Source: an uncultured Rikenellaceae bacterium (GTDB lineage Bacteria; Bacteroidota; Bacteroidia; Bacteroidales; VadinHA17). From it: a stretch of 64,000 bases of DNA. The stretch's first letter is position 1, and every line of letters starts with the position of its first letter. The position numbers were made by a program, and so were the translations under genes. Below are positions 1 to 8,067 of the stretch, one piece after another. A model generated the notes under the pieces. It was given only the letters and a program-made list of their open reading frames with translations. It was not told the origin of the DNA and searched no databases. Where the stretch lies: contig CAVOLF010000009.1 in assembly GCA_963696805.1 (NCBI GenBank), positions 68,127 to 132,126 of the forward strand. Direction: 5' to 3'.

Positions 1-1
1 A

Positions 2-850
2 CTGGCTGAGCCCCTGCGGAGGAACACAGCACCCTGCATTGCGTACGGTGTCTTCAGGATAATGGCTGAGAATCCGGAAGCTGTGATTGCGGTGACTCCG
101 GCAGATCATCTGATAAAGAAAGAGGATGAGTTTATGAAAGTCATGAATGAGGCCTTCAGGTTCGCCTCTGAGAATGATGCTCTGCTTACCCTGGGTATCA
201 AGCCTGACAGGCCCGAGACAGGCTACGGATATATACAGGCCAATATGAAGCAGCCGGTAAACGGTTTCAGCAGCCTGCACAAGGTGAAAGCCTTCACCGA
301 AAAGCCTGAGCTGAAGATGGCCAGGCTTTTCCTGGAGAGCGGTGACTTTTACTGGAACAGCGGCATTTTTATCTGGAGGGCCAGCTCAATCCTTGCTGCC
401 TTTGACAGGCATCTGCCTGATATCTATCACTCTTTCCTTGAAGGGAAGGAGAAGTTCAGCACCCCGGCCGAGAAGGAGTTCATAAAGCGTGCGTATGCTC
501 AGTGCAGCAGCATCTCAGTTGACTACGGGATAATGGAGAAGGCTGACAATGTATATGTCATTTGCACTGACCTTGGCTGGTCTGACCTCGGGACATGGAG
601 CTCGCTGTACCTTTATTCCGATCACGACCGTAATGACAACGCCGTCCTTAACTCGAAGGCGCTGACCTATAATTCCGAAGGGAACATTGTCAGCCTTCCC
701 AAGGGCAAGATTGCAGTGATACAGGGGCTTGATGACTACATTATCATTGACAGCGGCGACGTGCTGCTGATAGTTTCGCGTGAGCAGGAGCAGAACATCA
801 AGATGTACCTTGATGACGTAGGAAAGACAACGGGAGACCAGTACCTTTAG
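2..850 (+). CDS. mannose-1-phosphate guanylyltransferase (NTP-transferase family), 5' end cut by window edge
   Basis: The frame is open from nt 2 (LAEPLRRNTAPCIAYGVFRI precedes the listed M at 62). Blocks RNTAPCIAY, PETGYGYI, FTEKP and DLGTWSSL are typical of ManC-type enzymes. Confidence 0.8.
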   Translation: MAEPLRRNTAPCIAYGVFRIMAENPEAVIAVTPADHLIKKEDEFMKVMNEAFRFASENDALLTLGIKPDRPETGYGYIQANMKQPVNGFSSLHKVKAFTEKPELKMARLFLESGDFYWNSGIFIWRASSILAAFDRHLPDIYHSFLEGKEKFSTPAEKEFIKRAYAQCSSISVDYGIMEKADNVYVICTDLGWSDLGTWSSLYLYSDHDRNDNAVLNSKALTYNSEGNIVSLPKGKIAVIQGLDDYIIIDSGDVLLIVSREQEQNIKMYLDDVGKTTGDQYL

Positions 851-877
851 TCCTCAGTCCTCAGTCCCGACTGACGG
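851..877. repeat. short phase-locked heptanucleotide array (tcctcag tcctcag tcccgac tgac) starting right after the stop codon
   Basis: cagtc cores at 855 and 862 and a gactg core at 869, all in one 7-nt register. Same word family as the arrays at 22692, 30113 and 58674. Confidence 0.6.
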
Positions 878-890
878 GGCCTTAAATAAA

Positions 891-924
891 GAGGGTGTCT
901 CATTTTCTGATTTGAGACACCCTC
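891..924. terminator. perfect 12-bp hairpin between convergent genes, candidate bidirectional terminator
   Basis: gagggtgtctca (891-902) pairs with tgagacaccctc (913-924) around a 10-nt loop. It is flanked by aaataaa on the left, which gives a U-tract for the minus-strand gldN transcript. Confidence 0.6.
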
Positions 925-943
925 CCTGATTTCACACGATCAC

Positions 944-1816
944 CTAGTATTCCCAGAGATCCTGTTCAAAATTGAATATCTCATTCTTAATCCTTTCGGC
1001 CTCGAAGATCTGGGCAGGGCCCATTTTATACTGGTTGATAGACCTGTCATCATAGACGTTTGACTCGGCAATGATATAACCGTCAAACCTGCGCTGAAGC
1101 ATCAGGTCCTCAAATGAGATACGCTGAGCGTCATTGTAGTAGTTGAATGCCTCGCTGCTTGACAGCGCCTGCCTTACGTCTTCGTACCTGATCCAGAAGA
1201 GGCGTCTCTTCACCAGCCTGGAGGTGATCTGGTCATAGCCCATGTAAATGGGGCATATGCCAATGATGCGCACGTCAAGCCGTGAATGCTTCTTGTCAAA
1301 GAACCACTCCTCAAGCAGCATGAGCTGTTTGATGTCAGAGGGGTTTTCCATGTTGGTCACGGTTGAGTCCTGCTCGCGGCCGTCTGCATTGATGACGGTT
1401 ATGGTCAGGGTATCGCGGTTCATTTTGGCAGCAATGTCATTGTATGTTGTGGGTACTGTCATGGCATCACCGTCTGTTGCAACCACCCTGCCTGAGAGGA
1501 TCTCATTGAGAAGGATCCCCGAGAAGTTCATTCTTCCGTCCGACATCTCCGACACGAAGCGGTTGTTGGCAGCATCATATCTGAGTGAAGGATAGAAGAG
1601 GTTCAGGTTCATCTTCTCTCTCAGGTCAATTATACGGTAGAGTCTTTTTGACCAGATGACATCTGATTCCCCCAGGTAGGTATAATTGATCTTCTGGTTA
1701 TCGGGCATCTGTTTTGAATAGATGTCTCCGAACGACTGGGCCATTGAGGCTGTACAGATCAGGAGGCCGATAAGGCCTGCCAGAATTTTCCTGTTCATGA
1801 TGTGTATATCTTGCAT
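944..1816 (-). CDS. gldN: gliding motility / T9SS periplasmic ring protein GldN (PorN)
   Basis: About 290 aa with a signal peptide (MNRKILAGLIGLLICTASMAQS). It is the last gene of the gldK-L-M-N order, and its start overlaps the gldM stop (TAATG). The start could instead be the internal ATG at 1798. Confidence 0.8.
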   Translation of the reverse strand: MQDIHIMNRKILAGLIGLLICTASMAQSFGDIYSKQMPDNQKINYTYLGESDVIWSKRLYRIIDLREKMNLNLFYPSLRYDAANNRFVSEMSDGRMNFSGILLNEILSGRVVATDGDAMTVPTTYNDIAAKMNRDTLTITVINADGREQDSTVTNMENPSDIKQLMLLEEWFFDKKHSRLDVRIIGICPIYMGYDQITSRLVKRRLFWIRYEDVRQALSSSEAFNYYNDAQRISFEDLMLQRRFDGYIIAESNVYDDRSINQYKMGPAQIFEAERIKNEIFNFEQDLWEY

Positions 1817-3459
1817 TAGTTAATCTTAAGAATGATAGGGTTGAGGTCCCTTGTTCTTCCGTCGGGTCCAACTGCCTTAATCTTTTCTATTATGAGTTTC
1901 TGTCCGGCGCGCAGGTTGCCAATGAGGCCCTTCTGCTTATCGGTAAGCCTGTTGTTGTTTGATTCAGCCGTGATCTCAAAGCCCTTGTCGTTGACAGAGA
2001 CCGTGAAGCCTGTGACTGTATAGGTAAGGTCGAACTCAAAGTTCTCGAGGACTGCGGTCACAACCTGCTGTGCGGCTGCGACGCTTCTGAGCACGTTACC
2101 CTCTTTCATGTTGGCGAACCGTGCCTCGGGGTCAGGAAGTCTTCTCACCCTGAACTCCACTGGCGGGAAGGTCTGCACCTTGCCGTTGATGTTGGCTGAA
2201 ACGATCATCTGGGCGTTCTGCCCCACGGTTCTGGGCTCTGCCACATATTCACCGCGGTAGTCCTTGTATTTACCCCTCTTGATATCGCCGTTTGTCATGC
2301 GAACAGTCAGCTTGTCTGATCCCACGCCAGGCACTGATATGTCAACCGGGTTCTGAATGCCCTGGTAGAAGACGTTCATGGCTGTAGGGGAGACCACCAC
2401 GTTGGGCACGCCTACGGAATACTTCGAATCGAACTTGTACGTGCGGATTGCGCCGTCCGGAGCCTTCATCCTGATGACACCACCCCATGATTTCTCACCT
2501 GTTGACCCGGGTCTTACACTGTAGACACCCACACCTGATTCATCGATAGGAAGCGGCGTGGACTGACTTCCCGGCTCGTATGTAATGGATCCGTCGGCGT
2601 TGGTCTTTGAGGTATAGGGACCCACGAATATCTCCATATCCTGTGTTGTGTCGGTTGCAGCTACGAATACACGGGCCTCGTATGAATTACCCTGCATGAC
2701 ATACGTTGATACGGGGATGACAGTCGGAATGATCTTGTTGAACCTTAAAGAGCCGGCATCAATCTGCGTATAGAGGAAGTTGAGCACATCGGTCTCGGCA
2801 TTCCTGACGTCGACCTGCATCTTTGACAGTATTGTTATCACAGCCACCAGTGGCATTGTCTGGAAGTTGGCATTTACCCAGTTCTCAGTACCGGTCTTTT
2901 CCAGGTTCTCGGGGTCAGAGGTGTCAAGTATATCAAGTATTGACTGTTCGGCAGCCAGATCTTTTCCATCGAGGGTCTCCACAAGAAAGCCGCGAAAATC
3001 TTCCATTAGCGCCTTCAGGTCATTCCCCTTGCCATCCTGGTTTGCTCCGATAAGGACCTCTGAAGGGATGTTGTTCTCGTCAATCTTCTTGACCATGGTA
3101 ATATCAATCTGGTTGTCGGGAAGGAGTGCTTCCGATTCCGTACCTTCAGCTTTAGTGATGATCTCTACCTTAAGATCCTGGATATAATTATAAAGTTCAT
3201 CGGCACGGGCCTTGACATCATAGGCCTTTGTCTTCCACGTGCCCGCCTTCTCAGGGTTCTCAGCCGCCGCCACATCAAAAGCTGCATAGGCAATATCATT
3301 CTTTTTGATATAGTTGGCGGTGGTCTTCGTCAAGCTAAGGTCAACTTTCTTAAAAGCTTCGACGGCCTCCTTTGAAACGTTAAGCGCAAGCATTGCTGTC
3401 AGTATGAGGTACATCATACCGATCATCTTTTGCCGCGGGGTTTCTTTTCCCTTAGACAT
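1816..3459 (-). CDS. gldM: gliding motility / T9SS motor-associated protein GldM (PorM)
   Basis: 547 aa. The N-terminus PRQKMIGMMYLILTAMLALNVSKE is the characteristic single-TM GldM start, and the gene lies between gldL and gldN. Confidence 0.9.
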   Translation of the reverse strand: MSKGKETPRQKMIGMMYLILTAMLALNVSKEAVEAFKKVDLSLTKTTANYIKKNDIAYAAFDVAAAENPEKAGTWKTKAYDVKARADELYNYIQDLKVEIITKAEGTESEALLPDNQIDITMVKKIDENNIPSEVLIGANQDGKGNDLKALMEDFRGFLVETLDGKDLAAEQSILDILDTSDPENLEKTGTENWVNANFQTMPLVAVITILSKMQVDVRNAETDVLNFLYTQIDAGSLRFNKIIPTVIPVSTYVMQGNSYEARVFVAATDTTQDMEIFVGPYTSKTNADGSITYEPGSQSTPLPIDESGVGVYSVRPGSTGEKSWGGVIRMKAPDGAIRTYKFDSKYSVGVPNVVVSPTAMNVFYQGIQNPVDISVPGVGSDKLTVRMTNGDIKRGKYKDYRGEYVAEPRTVGQNAQMIVSANINGKVQTFPPVEFRVRRLPDPEARFANMKEGNVLRSVAAAQQVVTAVLENFEFDLTYTVTGFTVSVNDKGFEITAESNNNRLTDKQKGLIGNLRAGQKLIIEKIKAVGPDGRTRDLNPIILKIN

Positions 3460-3504
3460 TTGCGGATAGTTTAGGTGTTAACAGATATTTTGATGTACTT
3501 GACA

Positions 3505-4353
3505 TTACTTCACATTCATGGCTGCAAGCATGTTGCCGTACACATTATTCAGTGAGCTGAGGTTTTCATTCAGTTTGGCAACCTGTTCGCGGTATTTCTT
3601 AGTGTCATCGGCTGAGCCTGTAAGGTCTTTCATCAGACCCTCCATACCCTTGTAGATGACATCAGTGCTTTTGACATGGTCACTGGTGCCTCTCAGCTGC
3701 AGTTCATAAGCAGCATTGAGTGCAGAGAGGTTCTTGTTGAGAGCCTCCAGTTTCTCATGGTAGCTTCTGCCGCCTGTCTCTATGGTCTTCGATGACTCAC
3801 CGAGAGCCTGGTAGACCGGGCTGGAGTCAGCCATTGATCTTGCGGTCTGTTTAGCCGACTCAGAGAGGTTCGTGAGTGACTCATTTGCTTTACGGATGGT
3901 GCTGGTATACTCATTGGTAGTAGCAGCCAGGTCGCCCATGGCATTGAAGTTGGCTGTTGTCTCCGTGAGCTTTTTCAGTCCCGGACTCAGTCTGTCAAAG
4001 ACATCGGGGGTGATGCCTGCATCGGCCAGCATCCTGTCGAACTGTGACAGTCCTGCGCCGCCGCCGCCGCCACCGCCGCCAACAGATGCGAATCCAATCT
4101 CCTCACCGGAGTAATTGGGGTCAAGCTGAGGGTAGACCAGTTTCCAGTCTGGTTCTTCCTTCAACGGCTCAAAAGCAGAGAAGAAGAAGATGACTGCCTC
4201 TGTGATCAGACCGACAGCGAGCAGCAACCCTGCGTACGGGTAGTGCTGAATCTTAAAGAGAGCACCGATGATTACGACCGAGGCACCCCAGCCGTACAGT
4301 TTGGACATGAAAGCTTTCCACTTACTGGTATGAACAAATTCCGAAAGGCCCAT
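3505..4353 (-). CDS. gldL: gliding motility / T9SS motor protein GldL (PorL)
   Basis: 282 aa with two N-terminal TM helices (YGWGASVVIIGALFKIQHYPYAGLLLAVGLITEAVIFFFSAFEP) and a Gly8 linker followed by a coiled-coil-like tail. Its position in the operon also fits. Confidence 0.85.
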   Translation of the reverse strand: MGLSEFVHTSKWKAFMSKLYGWGASVVIIGALFKIQHYPYAGLLLAVGLITEAVIFFFSAFEPLKEEPDWKLVYPQLDPNYSGEEIGFASVGGGGGGGGAGLSQFDRMLADAGITPDVFDRLSPGLKKLTETTANFNAMGDLAATTNEYTSTIRKANESLTNLSESAKQTARSMADSSPVYQALGESSKTIETGGRSYHEKLEALNKNLSALNAAYELQLRGTSDHVKSTDVIYKGMEGLMKDLTGSADDTKKYREQVAKLNENLSSLNNVYGNMLAAMNVK

Positions 4354-4379
4354 ATAATTAATTTTTAGGTTAAACAGTA

Positions 4380-5714
4380 TTAGTTATTGACTCCAATATA
4401 AGTTCTCACATTACGGAACCCGACAAATGACTTTGTTGAGTCCTGGTATTCATAATCCCTTGTTGAATTCTGCATAAAAAGTGCAATATCCTTCCATGAG
4501 CCTCCTCTTATGACTTTGCGCTTGAGCACCGGGGGATCCTCGGGGCGTGCGTTGTATTCATAGTCGGGGTTCAGGTCATGGGTGAAGACATAAGCTGACG
4601 GATGGTAGGCGCATGAAGTCCATTCGGAGACGTTACCTGCCATGTCAAACAGTCCGTATTCATTCGGTTCGAACGAAGCAACCTTAATGGTATAGACGGC
4701 TCCGTCATCGATGTAGTTACCGCGCAGAGGCTTGAAGTTGGCCAGGAAGCAGCCCTGGTAGTTGCGTGTGTAGGGGCCTCCCCAGGGGTACATCGACAGA
4801 TCGAGTCCGCCACGTGCAGCATATTCCCATTCAGTCTCCAGCGGGAGACGGTAGTTGTGAACATCGGCAATACCCTGGGTACGCAGATGTTCATTCATGA
4901 AGTTGGTACGCCAGACGCTGAATGCGCGTGCCTGTACCCATGAAACACCCACAACGGGATAGTCATCATAGCCCGGGTGCCAGAAATAGAGTGTCGCCCA
5001 CGGCTCATTGAATGAATAGGTGAAGTCCCTGATCCATGCGAGGGTGTCAGGATAAATATTGACATTATGGTGCATGATGAACGATGAGCGGTCTACCACG
5101 TCGGTGGTGTTTCCGTCAAGGTCAGTGACCTGGCCTTCGTACTTCTGGTCCTTGTAGTTGTACCTTGCCTTGGCTGCCTGCTTGTAGTCAACCCAGAAAT
5201 ATGAGTAGTTGAGAAGCCGTGTGTCCCACTGCTTGTTGGCGTTGAATCTCTCTTCAGGGGGATAGTAGAGGGTCTCGAGGACTGCCAGGACATTCTCATC
5301 CCTGATAGTCTATCTCCTCGTCCCAGTTCAGAACATTGGGCTCAAGGACATTGCCCTCCTCATCGGTCCTGAAGAATTCGTAGCCCTCAATGCCTTCCTC
5401 ACCCAGTTTGGTCCTGAGGAGAGAGTCACGCACCCAGTATGTAAACTGACGGTATTTATTATTGGTGATTTCTGTCTGGTCCATCCAGAATGCTTCCACA
5501 GTCACTGTCTTGGAGAGACTGTTCATGGCACGCAACGGATCCTGATCACTCGGCCCCATCTGGTAGGAACCGGCAGGGATGAATGCCATTTCAAACGGTT
5601 CCGGCTCATAGAATTTTTTCCTTCCCTGGACGCCTGTCAGCTCGCCGATTCATAGGAGGAACAGCCTCCCAGGACAAAGATTAATGTAAGAGCTAAAAGG
5701 ATTACCTTTTTCAT
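4380..5714 (-). pseudogene. gldK: GldK (PorK) lipoprotein, FGE-sulfatase/SUMF1 fold, interrupted by two compensating frameshifts (real or assembly error)
   Basis: The N-terminal frame gives MKKVILLALTLIFVLGGCSSYES (lipobox) and then stops. The conserved middle (GELTGVQGRKKFYEPEPFEMAFIPAGSYQMGP...FWMDQTEITNNKYRQF) is in another frame. The C-terminal part (DENVLAVLETLYY...RLPLETEWEYAARGG...GGSWKD) returns to the first frame. Shift sites lie near 5640-5650 and 5296-5309. Confidence 0.85.
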
Positions 5715-5855
5715 GTGCGAAAATTTTATTTTTTTAAGGTCACATGGAACCCTCATGTAAGGATTCTCAGTTTCATCTCTGTTAACGTATGTATGACATG
5801 AGTGTTTCATATACTCATAAATTTAATCATGCAAGTTGTTCACTTTTTCCGTCTC

Positions 5856-6801
5856 TTACAGGAAACTAATACTTTTATATTTAGTGACGCTTCTTCCCAG
5901 GCCGATGTCAAAACTGTATGAAACCACGAATTCATGTGATCCACTGGTTCCTTTTCTGATCTCCGATATCGGGAAGTCATATCCATATCCAATCTTTAGA
6001 CCGTTGTACAATTCTACTCCTGCAAAACCTGTGATTGCGTCACTTATCCTGTAAGAAACGCCACCCCATATCTTTTTATTGTATCTGACCATGCCTGTTG
6101 CTATATATTGTGTTGCAGCACCGTCATTAACGATGAAAACCGATGGTATGAGCTCAAGTGAAGGGTTGGGCAGCTGGAAGTAGTATCCTGCGGTAAGGTA
6201 GTACTCGCGGCTGACATAGGTGGCTGTTTCGGAATATTTTATTTTGGGCTGGTTCAGGTGTGTAACCGAGATGCCGGCATAATAATTTAGTCCCTGGTAG
6301 AAGACACCGGCAGAGATGTCAAGGGCAAGGACAGATTCATCATTTTCAGGGATGAGCGGGTCGCCGGAGGGTGGGGTATGGCTTGTTCCCGAGGGGATGA
6401 ACCACTCGGGTGCGAGTGTCTTGTTAAGCATTCCGGCGCTGAAGCCTGCACCCAGTGTTCCGCTTCCTACCGGGAGGAGGGCCGAATAGGAGAGGTTCAG
6501 CTGGATATCATTGCTGAAGCCGTAACTGTCAGCCTCTACCATCAGGCCTGCACCGCTCCTCAGGCCCAGGATGCTGAACGGAGTGTTGACGTTGAAGATC
6601 ATTGTGGAGGGGGCTCCCGGGAATCCTACCCACTGCTGCCGTGTCAGGGCTGTGGCCGTTATCATGCCGGTCATGCCGGAGAAGGCGGGATTGTAAATCT
6701 GGGTATTGAACATGTAATTGCTCACCACCGGGTCCTGTTGACCAAAGACCATGCTCACCGGGATGATTAATGCTCAGGATGACTGTCTTGACTTTCTTCA
6801 T
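5856..6801 (-). pseudogene. porP: PorP/SprF family T9SS outer-membrane protein with a frameshift inside the signal peptide (real or assembly error)
   Basis: The body contains YNPAFSGMTG...TRQQWVGFPGAPST, typical of PorP/SprF. The ATG at 6801 gives MKKVKTVILS, then the frame changes by 1 nt to LIIPVSMVFGQQDP. The 946-nt length is not a multiple of 3. Confidence 0.75.
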
Positions 6802-6882
6802 GTTCAAGGAGCGTTTATGCGCCCTTAAATATAACGATCAAAATAAACAAAAAATATGCAAGGAGCCAAATTGAGACATTAT

Positions 6883-8067
6883 TTAGTGTCCGAACCTGAG
6901 CATGGCTCTCGTCCAGCGACCGGGTACCTGGTCACGGTTGGCCATAAGGTAGTCCTCGAATGAGCAGGCAACGTAATGGGGTTCCCCAGCGTTGTCACGT
7001 ATCTCTATCCACCAGCGTTCCGTGATCATGCTCTTGATGAAGATGGCTTCGCCTTCCAGATCGCTGAGGGTCACATGGTAACGGGTGAAGCGGCTGGTCA
7101 TCTGGTCGCCAAGGTATGATATCTCATACTGCTTCTGCGAGAAGCCCTCGAGGAAGAACCATATCAGCTGTGCCGCAAGGTGCGAGGTCTGTGACCGGTT
7201 GTCATGCATGGGGTTGACCTCCATGACTGCCAGTATCTTCAGATTATCTGACAGTCCGGCATACCTGGCCAGCAGGCAGATCTCCTCACCGTAGAAGCCG
7301 TTGGCTGACGGGAGGAAGGTGCCGGGGGCATCGGACTGGCGCACAGAGCCTATGTCAAACAGAGCTGCAGTGGCATCGCGGAAGAGAGGTTCCGTCTCAT
7401 GCACGGCTGCGCGTACCTCTCCTATCCTCATCATTTCATAATGCCTGCGGTTGAACCGGTTCACCACCTGCTGATCAGTGAGATAGGTCTGGTGCCCGAT
7501 TGCTGAGAGGTGCGACAGGTAACTGCTGCTGCGGTAGATCAGGTCATTCATCCAGTTGAGTGAGTCCGCAGTCTTCTTCTCTGCCGTGAAATCGAGCCTT
7601 GAATCAACCGATACAAGTGACCAGTCCTGCTTGAGCGAGGAGAGGCAACGGTCTATTGCAGGCATAAGGGCGCTGGTGCCGCCAATGACCACCGGAACGA
7701 TGTTCTGCGCCAGCAGCTGGATTAGCACGTCACGCAGTCCGGCCAGGGTGTCTTCAAAGGCAGAGCCGGGCTTGAGGTTGCCAAGGTCAGTTATCTTCAG
7801 CTTCCCCGGCAGGCGTGAGAAGGAATAGAGGCTCCGGCGTATGGCATCAGGTGCGTGTGATGAACCTGCGTTCGACGAAGAACGGTCATCAGGCACACCG
7901 ACGAGGGCGATGGCAAAACTGCTCAGGTCATCAATGGGGGCATTGCCGGTATTGACCGTCACGTTGTGGGAAAAAGCAGCGGATCCTCTCAGGGGCTCTG
8001 CCTCAGGCTTGTCGAGACATACGGGGTCAAAATACTGGTTCAGTTCGATCATATTATATAAGGTCAC
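6883..8067 (-). CDS. arginase/formiminoglutamase-fold (ureohydrolase family) protein with degenerate metal-binding motifs
   Basis: The blocks appear in ureohydrolase order, but the ligands are changed: VVIGGTSALMPA (for GGDHS), LVSVDSRLDF (for DAHxD), ALFDIGSVRQSDAPGT (for S.D.D..DP..APG) and AVMEVNPMHD. Confidence 0.55.
   Translation of the reverse strand: MTLYNMIELNQYFDPVCLDKPEAEPLRGSAAFSHNVTVNTGNAPIDDLSSFAIALVGVPDDRSSSNAGSSHAPDAIRRSLYSFSRLPGKLKITDLGNLKPGSAFEDTLAGLRDVLIQLLAQNIVPVVIGGTSALMPAIDRCLSSLKQDWSLVSVDSRLDFTAEKKTADSLNWMNDLIYRSSSYLSHLSAIGHQTYLTDQQVVNRFNRRHYEMMRIGEVRAAVHETEPLFRDATAALFDIGSVRQSDAPGTFLPSANGFYGEEICLLARYAGLSDNLKILAVMEVNPMHDNRSQTSHLAAQLIWFFLEGFSQKQYEISYLGDQMTSRFTRYHVTLSDLEGEAIFIKSMITERWWIEIRDNAGEPHYVACSFEDYLMANRDQVPGRWTRAMLRFGH

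Noticed and set aside
5093-5299. 68-aa ORF listed between the two large gldK fragments
   Set aside because: It is the wrong frame. The homologous GldK sequence (DENVLAVLETLYYPPEERFNANKQWDTRLLNYSYFWVDYK...) is in the frame of the 4380-5099 ORF, which is open up to about 5309. The 68-aa product is low-complexity Ser/Thr/Arg.
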